From a virus (taxonomy: Duplodnaviria; Caudoviricetes), in IMG/VR virus record IMGVR_UViG_3300028048_000052, positions 111,155 to 175,154 of that record: a stretch of 64,000 nt of DNA; one strand, written 5' to 3'. Positions 20,857 to 31,409 of the stretch are shown here, one piece after another. Made by a program: the position numbers and the translations under genes. Below the pieces are notes generated by a model that had not been told where the DNA came from, did not search any database, and saw only the letters and a program-made list of their open reading frames with translations. Every line of letters starts with the position of its first letter. The stretch's first letter is position 1.

Positions 20857-23800
20857 ATGAGAACATATTTTGGAGCACATAACCATACTCATTATTCCTA
20901 GGTAAGTCCAATTTGCGACTAATTGATTGTATCAATAAACCAAAGGATTTAATTAATAAAGCAATAGAGTTGGGGTTATCTGGTATCGCTATAACTGATC
21001 ATGAAAGTTTATCCGCAGGGATGGAAGTTAATCAATATGCAAAAAAGATTCACGAAAAAAATCCTAATTTTGTTATTGCATTAGGTAATGAAATTTATTT
21101 AACAGATGATAGAAGTAGTGGGCAGAAATATTATCATTTTATTATAACAGCAAAAAATAAAAGAGGTTATAGAGCATTAAAAGAATTAAGTTCAATCGCT
21201 TGGTATAATATGTATAGTGATAGAGGTATGGAAAGAGTTCCAACTTTAAAAAGCGAATTGAAAGAGGTAATGAAAAATTATAAAGGTGATGTAATAGCAC
21301 AAACTGCTTGTATTGGTGGTGAATTATCTCAATTAATTCTTGAAATGGAACATGCGAGAGAAATTAATGATAAAGAGAATGCGAATACATCTTATTTAAA
21401 GATTAGAGAATTTATTGATTTTTGTATTGATGTATTCGGCAAAGATGATTTTTTTATTGAGTGTGCGCCAGCGAATAATCCCGACCAGATTAAAGTAAAC
21501 AAGAAATTAATTCAAATAGCGAAAGTTTATGGATTAAGAATGATATTTGCGACAGACGCACATTATTTAAGACCAGAAGATAGAAGTGTTCATAAAGCAT
21601 TTTTAAATTCAAAAGATGGCGAAAGAGAAGTTGATGAATTTTATCAATATTCATATTTAATGAATAGTGATGAAGTTGAGGAATTATTAAGTTATAGTTT
21701 TGAAAAGAAAGATATAGATTGGTTATTTGAAAATACTTTATATTTACAAAATAAGATAGAAAATTATAGTTTAGAAAAACATCAAGATATTCCAGAAGTA
21801 AAAGTTAAAGATTATCCAAAAGTAAACAAGAAAGAAGAATATGCGGTTTTATCAAGTTTATATAACTCTGATAATATTCAAGAAAGATATTGGATTAATC
21901 AATGTGAAGAAGCATTAATTCAAAAAGGTTTAGATAAAGATAAAAGGTATTGGGATAGATTAGAAGAAGAAGCAACAACAAAAAGAATTGTTGGTGAGAA
22001 ACTTCAAACTTGTATGTTTAGTTATCCAAATACTTTACAACACTATATTGATTTGTTTTGGCGTTGTGGTTCAACGGTTGGCGCAGGAAGAGGTTCTGCG
22101 TGTAGTGGATTAAATCATTATCTGTTGGGTATAACTCAGTTGGATCCGATTAAATGGAATTTGCCGTTTTGGAGATATTTGAATCCAGAACGAGTTGAAT
22201 TAGGTGATATTGATTTGGATTTGGCGCCAAGTAGATTACAAACAATATTTGAAGAAATTAGAAAAGAAAGGGGAGAACTTGGTTTAGTTCAAGTTTGTAC
22301 TTTTGGAACAGAAGGTACAAAATCAGCAATTCAAACAGCTTGTAGAGGTTATAGAAGTGTTGATTATCCCGATGGTATAGATGTAGATGAAGCACAATAT
22401 TTATCATCGTTAATTCCAGTAGAAAGAGGATTTCAGTGGAGTATTAATGATGTTATAAATGGAGATGCGGAAAAAGGCAGAGTGCCTGTAACTCAATTTA
22501 TAAATGAGATTGAACAGTATCCGGGATTATTAGATATTGTCAAAGGCATTGAAGGATTAGTAAGTAGAAGAGGAAGTCATGCGTCGGGTGTAATTTTATT
22601 TGATGAAAATATTTATGATGATGCAGCGATTATGAGGACTCCATCTGGGGCGATTGTAACTCAGTGGGATTTACATATGCAAGAAGCCGCAGGTTCAGTT
22701 AAATATGATTTCTTATTAACATCAGTTCAAGATATTATTATTGAAACGATTAATCTTTTACAGAAAGATGGTAAGATTGAAAAAGATTTAACTTTAAGAG
22801 AAATATATAATAAGTATTTACATCCAGAAGTATTACCGCAAGATGATAATAAAATGTGGGATGCATTAGCAAATGGAACTGTTATAAATTGTTTCCAATT
22901 TGATAGTGCAGTTGGTTCTCAGGCAGCGAAAAAGATTAGACCTCATACGCCAATGGAAATGGCGGATGCTAATGGTTTAATGAGATTAATGGCAGCCGAG
23001 AAAGGCGCAGAAACTCCATTAGATAAATATGTAAGATTTAAAAATAATATTAATTTATGGTATCAAGAGATGAAGAAATGGGGATTAACCGAAGAAGAAA
23101 TGAAAACGGTTGAACCATATTTTAAATCATCTTATGGGGTACCACCATCACAAGAACAATTGATGATGATGTTAATGGATAAAAATATTTGCGGATTTGA
23201 TTTAAAAGAAGCAAACGCGGCGAGAAAAATCGTTGGTAAAAAACAGATGGATAAGATTCCAGAGCTTCATCAAAAAGTATTAGACCAAGCCAAGAGTAAA
23301 GCGTTAGGTAAATATATTTGGGCACAAGGTGTTGGCCCGCAGATGGGTTATTCATTTAGTATTATTCATGCATTAGCATATTCATTTGTTGGTATGCAAA
23401 CTTTATATTTAGCGACTCATTTTAATCCAATTTATTGGAATACGGCGTGTTTGATTGTTGACAGTGGGTCGTTAGAAGAAAGTAGTGATAGCACAAATTA
23501 TAGAAAGATAGCGATAGCGATTGGTAAAATGAGAAAAGCTGGTATTAATATTAGTTTAGTTGATATTAATAAGTCAGGTTTTGGATTTGAACCAGATGCA
23601 GAAAATAATAGAGTGTTATTTGGATTAAAAGCGGTAATGGGTGTTGGCGATGAAGTCACGAATAAAATTATTGAGAATAGACCTTATAGTTCAGTAAATG
23701 ATTTTATTGAAAAAGTTAATCCAAATAGGACAGCGATGGTTGCATTAATAAAAGGTGGAGCGTTTGATGTATTAGAGCCAGATAGAATCAAATGTATGAA

Positions 23801-24716
23801 AGATTATATTTGGGAAACTTGTGATAAGAAAAAGAGATTAACGATGCAGAATTTAGCGGCGTTAATGAAATATAATTTGTTCCCAAAGAATAAATATAAA
23901 CAAGAAAAAAGAGTTTATGAATTTACAAGATATTTAAAAGCAATGTGTAAGTTAGATAAAGAAACTTACAAACTTGATGACAGATGTATTAAATTCTTAA
24001 CTGAAATTGAAAGTGATGATTTAATAGAACAGAATGATAAGAATGAGTTTATATTAAAAGCGAAAGATTGGGATAAGGTTTATCAATTTAATATAGATAG
24101 TTTTAGAGATTATATTAATAGCCATAAAGATGAATTATTAGATAAGTTAAATAATATTATCTTCAATGAAGATATGGAAAAATATGCGAAAGGAAATATT
24201 TCATCTTGGGAAATGGAAACATTATGTTTCTATTATCACGATCATGAATTAATAAATGTTAATAATGATAAATATGGTTTAGTTGATTTCTTTGATTTAG
24301 ATACAGAACCAGAAGTGGAAAGAACTTATACAACAAAAACTGGGCATAAAGGAAATATATTTAAGTTATCAAAGATTGCGGGAACCTGTATCGCGAAAGA
24401 TAAAATAAGGTCAACTGTATCATTATTAACGGTTAATGGTGTTGTTGATGTTAAATTTAGAAAAGAATATTTTAGTTTATTTGACAAACAAATATCTGAA
24501 AGAATGCCAGATGGGACGAAACATGTGGTTGAAAAATCTTGGTTTAATAGAGGCCAGATGATTATAGTTCAAGGATTTAGAAGTGAAGATAATTTTATTC
24601 CAAGAAAATATGGAAATCAAGGTCATCAGTTATACAGAATAACAAATATTGATAAAGATAATAATTTAATGATTCAAACAGAAAGATATAATGGCGGTTT
24701 TGATGAAGAAAATTAA
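20857..24716 (+). CDS. dnaE: DNA polymerase III alpha (family C) interrupted in the PHP motif by an 11-nt insert (1282 aa if bypassed)
   Basis: GAGGTG RBS + ATG 20857 gives MRTYFGAHNHTHYS then TAG. Skipping 20899-20909 gives HNHTHYS-NLRLIDC. Downstream AITDHE, GAGRGS, DIDLD, HASGV, KYDFL, YSFSIIHA are intact. Confidence 0.9.
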
Positions 24717-24798
24717 AGGACATTTTAAGATAAAGTATTTTAAAGATTTCTTAATTAATTATGAAACCTAGAAATAATTTAACTACTTAGGAGGAATA

Positions 24799-27700
24799 AT
24801 GATGAAATATGTGATTAAACGAGATGGGCGAAGAAAGGATTTCAATGAGGCAAAAATTGAAGCGGCTATTTTAAAAGCATTTATTGCGGTTGACGGTGAA
24901 GCAACAGATTACGCAAAAGAGAAAGCAAAAAATATAGCTGATTATATTAATAATTTAGAACAAGAAGAATTAACAGTTGAGGAAATCCAAGATTTAGTAG
25001 AAAAAGGATTAATGAGCTGTAAAAGAAAAGATGTTGCAAAAGCCTATATTCTTTATAGAGAAGAAAGAAGCAAAGAAAGACAAAGAAAAACAAGATTAAT
25101 GGGCGTTATTAAAGAAAAATTAGATGCCTCTAATGTTGTTAATCAAAATGCTAATGTAGATGAGCACTCTTTCGGCGGAAGAAAAGGTGAAGCAACAAAC
25201 GAACTGATGAAGCAGTACGCCCTTGATTATTGCGTATCTGAATTATCAAGAAATAATCATTTAAATAATGAAATCTATATTCATGATTTAGATAGTTATG
25301 CTGTTGGTATGCATAATTGTCTTACAATCCCATTTGATAAATTATTAGCAGAAGGATTTAATACAAGACAAACTGATGTGCGCCCTGCTAGCAGCGTAAA
25401 TACTGCGTTTCAATTGGTAGCTGTAATTTTTCAATTACAATCATTACAACAATTTGGCGGTGTTAGTGCTAGTCATTTAGATTGGACTATGGTTCCATAT
25501 GTCAGAAAGAGTTTCTTTAAACATTGGCGAGATGGGCATAAATTTTTATTAAATGATAATGATGCAGATAACTTAATATTTTTTGCAGATAAGTCAATTG
25601 ATGATGAATATTATAAAGATGGTGCTTATGAATATGCTATGGCTATGACACAAAGAGAGTTAGACCAAGCTGTTGAAGGCATGTATCATAATCTTAATAC
25701 CCTTCAATCAAGAAGTGGTAATCAATTACCTTTTACCTCAATTAACTATGGTACTTGCACATTGCCAGAAGGAAGAATGGTTATTAAATCATTATTAGAT
25801 AAATCTATTGAAGGCGTTGGCAAAGTTAGAAAAACTCCAATTTTCCCTTGTGGAATTTTCCAATGCATGAAAGGCGTTAATAGGAAACCGGGAGATCCTA
25901 ACTACGATTTATTCCAGTTAGCCTTAAAATCAACTGCTAAGAGATTATATCCAAATTATGCCAATATTGATTGGAGCAATAACGCTGGATATGATATAAA
26001 TGATCCAAAAACTTATTTTAGCACGATGGGTAAGCGAAACTTAGCTCATCTAAAATCTTTTGAACCACGCTCGTGGGTGTTCGCTTAAAGCGAGCTAACG
26101 GTTAGGCCCCTCTGGGGTGAGACCGTGCTAAGATTTATCATAATACTCATATTGGAGAAAATATGTGAGTATATAAAATTACAAATATTCAAAATAATAA
26201 AGTTTATATTGGTCAAACAATAAGACCAATAGAGCAAAGATTTAATCGTCATATAAATGATGCATTAAACAATATATTAGATACTCATTTTGCAAGAGCG
26301 ATTAGAAAATATGGCAAAAACAATTTCAAAATTGAAATTATTGACATGGCTCAAACGCAAGATGAATTAAATAAAAAAGAACAATATTGAATTAAATATT
26401 ATAATTCTACTATTGATGGTTATAATGAAACGGATGCTATTTCTAAATGCGGTGGTAATACTTATAAAAGTAAAACTTTAAAAGAAATGGCAGATATAGA
26501 AGAAAAAATACGAAAAACAAAAATAGGAAAATTAAATCCTATGGCTCGTAAAATTAAAAGAATAGATGTTAATACCAATGAATTTGAAATTTATGATACG
26601 ATAATTGCTTGTGCAAAAGCTTGTGGTATAAAAAATGGGAAAACATCTATTTCGCAAAGATTAAATGGGAATATAAAAACACCCTATAAAGATAAATGAA
26701 TATTTGAGTATTATGATAAATAAAGTGTACAGACTATCCCTGATGAATGTAAGGGAGTAGGGGTGGAGATAAGCACCACTCCGAAGCGGAAGACTACTTA
26801 ATAGTAGAAGATATAGTCGGTACCAATGGTAACATTGGAAAAATACGTGCAGAACGGCAAATGGCGCTGATATTAATGCAGAACCGGGCACAAACCCACA
26901 AACAAAAGATGGTAGGGGAAATATATGCCCTGTTACCATTATTTTACCAACATTAGCAATGGAAGCAAAAGAAATTTCCGGAGATACTGTTGATAATTTC
27001 TTTGATATTTTAGAAAGAAAACTTGTTGAAGCAAAAGATATGCTTATCGAAAGGTATGAATATATCTGTTCTCAAAGTCCAGAAAGTGCAAAGTTTATGT
27101 ATGAAAATGGTACAATGTTAGGATACCACCCAGAAGAAGGAATTCGAAGTGCATTAAAGCACGGTACTCTTGCTCTTGGTCAATTGGGCTTGGCTGAAAC
27201 TTTACAAATTTTAATTGGTAAAGATCATACAACAAAAGAAGGCATGGATTTAGCAAAAGAAATTGAGGAATTGTTCCAAAAGAGATGTGCAGAATTTAAA
27301 CAAAAATATCATTTAAATATTGGTGTTTATTATACTCCTGCTGAAAACTTATGCTATACAGCAATGAAAAAGTTTAAAGCAAAATATGGGGAGATTCCAA
27401 ATGTAAGTGATAGGGAATATTTTACAAATTCAATTCATGTTCCTGTTTGGGTAAAGATTGACCCATTTACTAAAATTGATATTGAAAGTCAATTAACTGG
27501 CTATTCAAATGCTGGTTGTATCACTTATGTTGAATTAGAAGGCACGGCTGGTAATAACCTTGACGCATTAGAACAGTTAGTTAATTATGCCATGGATAAA
27601 GATATCCCTTATTTCGCAATCAATGTTCCAAATGATACTTGTCTTGACTGTGGTTATACCGGCGAATTTAATGATAAGTGTCCTGTTTGCGGAAGCACCC

Positions 27701-27831
27701 ATATCCAACAGTTAAGAAGGGTTACAGGGTACTTAACTGGTAATTATACAACGGCATTTAATCTTGGAAAACAAGCCGAGGTTCATGATAGAGTAAAACA
27801 CTCAGAGCAACTCTCAGATTGGAGACGATAA
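24799..27831 (+). CDS. nrdD: Anaerobic (class III) ribonucleotide reductase with ATP cone, two exons (24799-26031 + 26848-27831, 738 aa)
   Basis: VIKRDG ATP cone; IYIHDLD; splicing restores the catalytic TMG|CRT; PAENL, YFTNS, RRVTGYL glycyl-radical motif. Confidence 0.92.
26032..26847 (+). mobile_element. Group I intron in nrdD
   Basis: Exon ends ...GGU and intron ends ...ACG; P7 elements CAGACTA (~26730) and GAAGATATAGTCG (~26806); removal restores the frame. Confidence 0.88.
26163..26723 (+). CDS. Intron-encoded GIY-YIG homing endonuclease (3 TGA=Trp, first at codon 2)
   Basis: GGAG RBS; M-TGA-VYKITNIQNNKVYIGQT, RAIRKYG, EQY-TGA-IKYYNS, GYN. Confidence 0.8.
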
Positions 27832-28370
27832 TGAGAATTGCGGGGTTAATGAAAAATGATATGGTTGATGGGCAAGGCTTCTGCGTTTCTTTATGGATGC
27901 AGGGATGTCCCCACCATTGTAAAGGTTGCCAAAATCCCGAAACGTGGGATTTTAATGGCGGTACTGAAATTGGACTTATCCCCCTTTGAGATGAAATAGA
28001 CAATGCGCTTAACGCTAACAACGTTAAGCGCAATTTCTCTATTTTAGGGGGTGAGCCACTGTGCCCAGAGAATATATTAAATACAAACCCAATTGGTTTG
28101 TATGTAAAAAATAATTATCCAGATAGAAAAATATTTTTATGGACTGGATATACAATTGAAGAAATAATAAAAATGGGAGAACCATATAACCATTGTTTTG
28201 TATGGGCCGATGTAATTATAGATGGTAAATATATAGAAGAACAAAGAGATATAACTTTAAAATTAAGGGGAAGTAAAAATCAAAGAATTATAACAATAGA
28301 CCATTATGAAAATGGGCAGAATGTTTTAATGAATAAAGGAGATATAATTTATGTTTATGATCCTAACTAA
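27831..28370 (+). CDS. nrdG: Anaerobic RNR activating radical-SAM enzyme (179 aa; one TGA at 27987)
   Basis: TAATG coupling to nrdD; GCPHHCKGCQNPETW, ILGGEPL, DGKY, LRGSKNQR. Continuous only with TGA readthrough. Confidence 0.88.
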
Positions 28371-28528
28371 CATCTTAAAAATAATCCTTACATTTTTATC
28401 ATTATATTTAAGTAATTTACAATTTAAAAATGATAATAATAGAATGGGCGTATACTGAATCCTCGTGTCTTTTTATTGGCTTTTTAACTTTCTTTCTAGT
28501 TTGAATTTATAATAAAAATATGGTATAA
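28351..28528 (+). CDS. Small two-TM membrane protein (2 TGA=Trp; 3' end uncertain)
   Basis: AAGGAG RBS; hydrophobic MFMILTNILKIILTFLSLYL...GVY-W-ILVSFYWLFNFFLV. Confidence 0.5.
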
Positions 28529-28529
28529 T
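28501..28529 (+). promoter_or_regulatory. Sigma-A type promoter
   Basis: TTGAAT-17 nt-TATAAT with TG; ATG 7 nt downstream. Confidence 0.65.
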
Positions 28530-28535
28530 ATTAAT

Positions 28536-29042
28536 ATGATAAAAGTAAAAGATTTAAAAACATTATTGGCTTTGCCAAATCATTCACCAGAAGAATTAGC
28601 ATTAGTAGAAGATGAAAATAAAGTTTATGTCTATAAAGATGAGTGGGTTGAATATAACCCAGAAGACGGAGGACTAACTTTAACTTTATATGATGTAAAT
28701 AAATTAACTATGCCAAATCTTCCAGATTTAACCGATGAGCAAATTAAGGATGCGAAAAAGAAAATTGCTCAATTTATTCCTTCCAAGAGCAGATATTGGA
28801 TGTTATTAAATAATGAAAAGAGATATTATACAGTATTTCATCTGGTTGACAATAAATCAATTTGTCTTGTTCCTAAAATTGAAGATGAAATTATTGAATG
28901 TTTAAAGGAACTTGGGACTATCAAAAGTATTGAAAAAGTTGATGACGATGCAATTGAAGCTTGGGTAATTGACAAAAACGATGAAACTCCTTATGTATAT
29001 TATCTATTTAATTATGATAAGGGGGTAATAGAATGCAAGTAA
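28536..29042 (+). CDS. Hypothetical phage protein
   Basis: ORF track. Confidence 0.65.
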   Translation: MIKVKDLKTLLALPNHSPEELALVEDENKVYVYKDEWVEYNPEDGGLTLTLYDVNKLTMPNLPDLTDEQIKDAKKKIAQFIPSKSRYWMLLNNEKRYYTVFHLVDNKSICLVPKIEDEIIECLKELGTIKSIEKVDDDAIEAWVIDKNDETPYVYYLFNYDKGVIECK

Positions 29043-29296
29043 TTTATTGTAATATTAATATTTTTGATTATGAACAACAAGTTTATCTTGTTCGTGAAGG
29101 AGATTCAAAATTAATCGCTAAAATTCCTTTTGTTGAATTAGGAAAAGCTATGCCAGAGCTTTGTAATCAAAAAGAAATTTATACAGTTCATTTGTTCTGT
29201 AATGTGCCGGGTATGGCCGAACAGGCAGCCGACGCAATTGTTGAACAAGAAATAAAGAAATATGGAAAGTCTAAAATTGAGGTTAAAGTAAATTAA
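29033..29296 (+). CDS. Hypothetical protein
   Basis: ORF track; overlapping start and RBS. Confidence 0.6.
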   Translation: MQVIYCNINIFDYEQQVYLVREGDSKLIAKIPFVELGKAMPELCNQKEIYTVHLFCNVPGMAEQAADAIVEQEIKKYGKSKIEVKVN

Positions 29297-29297
29297 A

Positions 29298-29534
29298 ATG
29301 AAATATTTATTAAAGACAACGGATACTTACAGAGTTGATACCCTTGAAGAGGTTGAAAGATTAAGAGACGAAATGGAGCAGAGCGCTTGGTTTAATGTTA
29401 GCTCATTCTCCTATACTTATAAGTATAAGCCAAAACTTGATGAAGAATATTATGTAGTAACGGTAAAGAAAAATATTACCGCAGAAGATATGCCAGATAG
29501 ACAAGTTAAGGTTTCTTATGAGGTAGATGTATAA
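29298..29534 (+). CDS. Hypothetical protein
   Basis: ORF track; GAGG RBS. Confidence 0.6.
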   Translation: MKYLLKTTDTYRVDTLEEVERLRDEMEQSAWFNVSSFSYTYKYKPKLDEEYYVVTVKKNITAEDMPDRQVKVSYEVDV

Positions 29535-30133
29535 TGATTAAATTTGAAAAAGTCTCTAGGCTAGCTGATGTAGATTTTAATTTACCAGTTAGGAAAACAG
29601 CCAACAGCGCAGGATATGATTTTGAAGTCGCTGAAGATATTGTTATACCGCCGTATATGGAATTAATGAAATTTTTGGCAGAAAGAATTGCACAGATTGC
29701 AATGCTTGATAAAGAAAATCAAATCAAAGACGAAGAAGGCAATGTGACTTCAGTAAGAGTAACGCCGATGGATTTAAAAGAGCTTGGCGATATTGTAAAA
29801 ACATATAACGTAAAACCAACTCTTGTCTCTACTGGGGTTAAGTGCTATCTTGATCCCGGAACTTGTCTTGAATTATCTGTAAGAAGTTCTACCCCATTAA
29901 AATACTGGTTAGTTCTTGCCAATAGTGTAGGAATTATTGATGCTGATTATGCCGATAATCCTGATAATGAAGGCGAGATTTTCTTGCAATTAATTAACTT
30001 TGGGCCAGCGCCGATTTATCTTCACAAAGGAGATGTTATTGGTCAAGGAATTATTAAAAAATTTGAAATAACTGATGATGACACTGCCAAAGGTGAAAGA
30101 CTTGGTGGCTTTGGATCAACGACGAAAGAATAA
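29534..30133 (+). CDS. dut: Trimeric dUTPase with an insertion after motif I
   Basis: SAGYDF, RSS, GIIDADY, GQGI, RLGGFGST. Confidence 0.9.
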   Translation: MIKFEKVSRLADVDFNLPVRKTANSAGYDFEVAEDIVIPPYMELMKFLAERIAQIAMLDKENQIKDEEGNVTSVRVTPMDLKELGDIVKTYNVKPTLVSTGVKCYLDPGTCLELSVRSSTPLKYWLVLANSVGIIDADYADNPDNEGEIFLQLINFGPAPIYLHKGDVIGQGIIKKFEITDDDTAKGERLGGFGSTTKE

Positions 30134-30163
30134 ACTAGACAATTTGCTTGTCTAGTTTTTTTT
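30133..30163 (+). terminator. Intrinsic terminator
   Basis: AACTAGACAA-TTTGC-TTGTCTAGTT hairpin followed by a T run. Confidence 0.7.
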
Positions 30164-30193
30164 ATGTAAAATTTAATATAAGGAGATTATAAT

Positions 30194-30682
30194 ATGGAAA
30201 AATTATTAGCATTGGATCAAGCTTCAGTTATTACTGGCTATGCTATTTTTGAAAATGATAAATTAGTCACCTATGGAAAAATTAAATTAGAAGATGAAGA
30301 AATTGGTCCAAGATTAGTTACTTTAAGAAATGAAATAAAAAAATTAATAAATGAAAATAATATAACAACAATTGCATTTGAAGATATTCAAATGCAAGCC
30401 TCTGTTGGCAATAATGTTAAAACTTTTAAGGTTTTAGCTAATGTTTATGGAGTTATATTAGAATTATGTGAAGAATTACAGTTAAAATATAAAATTGTAT
30501 CTTCTAACACTTGAAAATCTACTTTAAAAATAAAAGGAAAAAGTAGATCAGAACAAAAAAAGAATGCACAAAACTATGTCCAAGAGACATATGGCGTTAA
30601 TTGCACGCAAGATGAGGCCGACGCTATTTGCATTGGATCCCATATGTGTATTGCGGAAGCCGGTATAAGTTGGGCAGATTAG
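30194..30682 (+). CDS. ruvC: RuvC-like Holliday junction resolvase (162 aa; TGA 30512 = Trp)
   Basis: LALDQAS..TGY and AFEDIQ; readthrough adds W-KS...K and the catalytic DEADAICIG. Confidence 0.8.
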
Positions 30683-30742
30683 TTAGAATAATACTCCTCG
30701 TTTTTTAATAATAATGATAGGCAAAAGGGGAGGAATAAACCA

Positions 30743-31345
30743 ATGAATATTAATGCAGATGCAATGTTATCATATATTTTGGTTGCTGTTGGGGGATTTT
30801 TAATTAAATATCTTTGAGATAAAATGGTTGAAAATGGCAAAGAAAAATCAGAAAAAGCTGAAGCGTATGATAAAAAAGTTTTAAGAGAGGTTGTAGAAGA
30901 CATTGTAAAAGAGTCTTGTATGCAATTTAAAGGCGGATTAGAAGAATCAATTAATGAATTTAAAGCTCATGCCGAAAATGAATTTAAAAGATATAGCGAA
31001 ATGTATTGGAAAGCTGTTGGTAATTTAGAAGATGTTGAAAAGAACTTCAAACATTTAAGAGAACAAGATTTAGCATTTTATAAATACCAATTAATTAATA
31101 GCTGTAAAAAATATATTTCACAAGGTTTTATTACACAATATCAATTTGATAGATTAAGTGAATTACATAAGATTTATCATGATTTAGGCGGTAATAGCCA
31201 AGGTGATATGTATTATGAAAAAGCAACTCAATTAAAAATTATTAGCGATAATTCTTATAAAGCAATTGATCAAATGGATGATGAATTATATGTTACGGAG
31301 GCCGATATGAAAGACCTGCACGTAAAAAAAGAGGAAGAACAATAA
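30743..31345 (+). CDS. Holin-like/lysis-associated membrane protein (200 aa; TGA at codon 25)
   Basis: GGGGAGG RBS + ATG 30743; N-terminal TM segment ending YL-TGA-DK; C-terminal IYHDLGGNS motif resembling holin-adjacent phage proteins. Confidence 0.55.
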
Positions 31346-31363
31346 AGTTCTTCCTCTTTTTTT
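31325..31363. terminator. Bidirectional terminator at the strand switch
   Basis: A run-GAGGAAGAAC-AATAAA-GTTCTTCCTC-T run. Confidence 0.75.
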
Positions 31364-31409
31364 ATTTATCTGGACCTTCTACATAGGCAGCCAGTTAGCC
31401 TCATGTTTA

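Noticed and set aside
26032-26088. Track C-terminus of the nrdD fragment (KRNLAHL...)
   Set aside because: It is read-in of intron sequence; the true continuation is CRT at 26848.
625-30903. Short - strand ORFs in the replication arm and short + strand ORFs in the tail arm from the track
   Set aside because: They are shadows of longer recognised genes, lacking RBS or motifs (except 32557-32754).
1-31345. Bacterial chromosome rather than phage
   Set aside because: Divergent replisome genes are packed with homing endonucleases and adjoin tail and tape-measure genes; no ribosomal or typical housekeeping operons.
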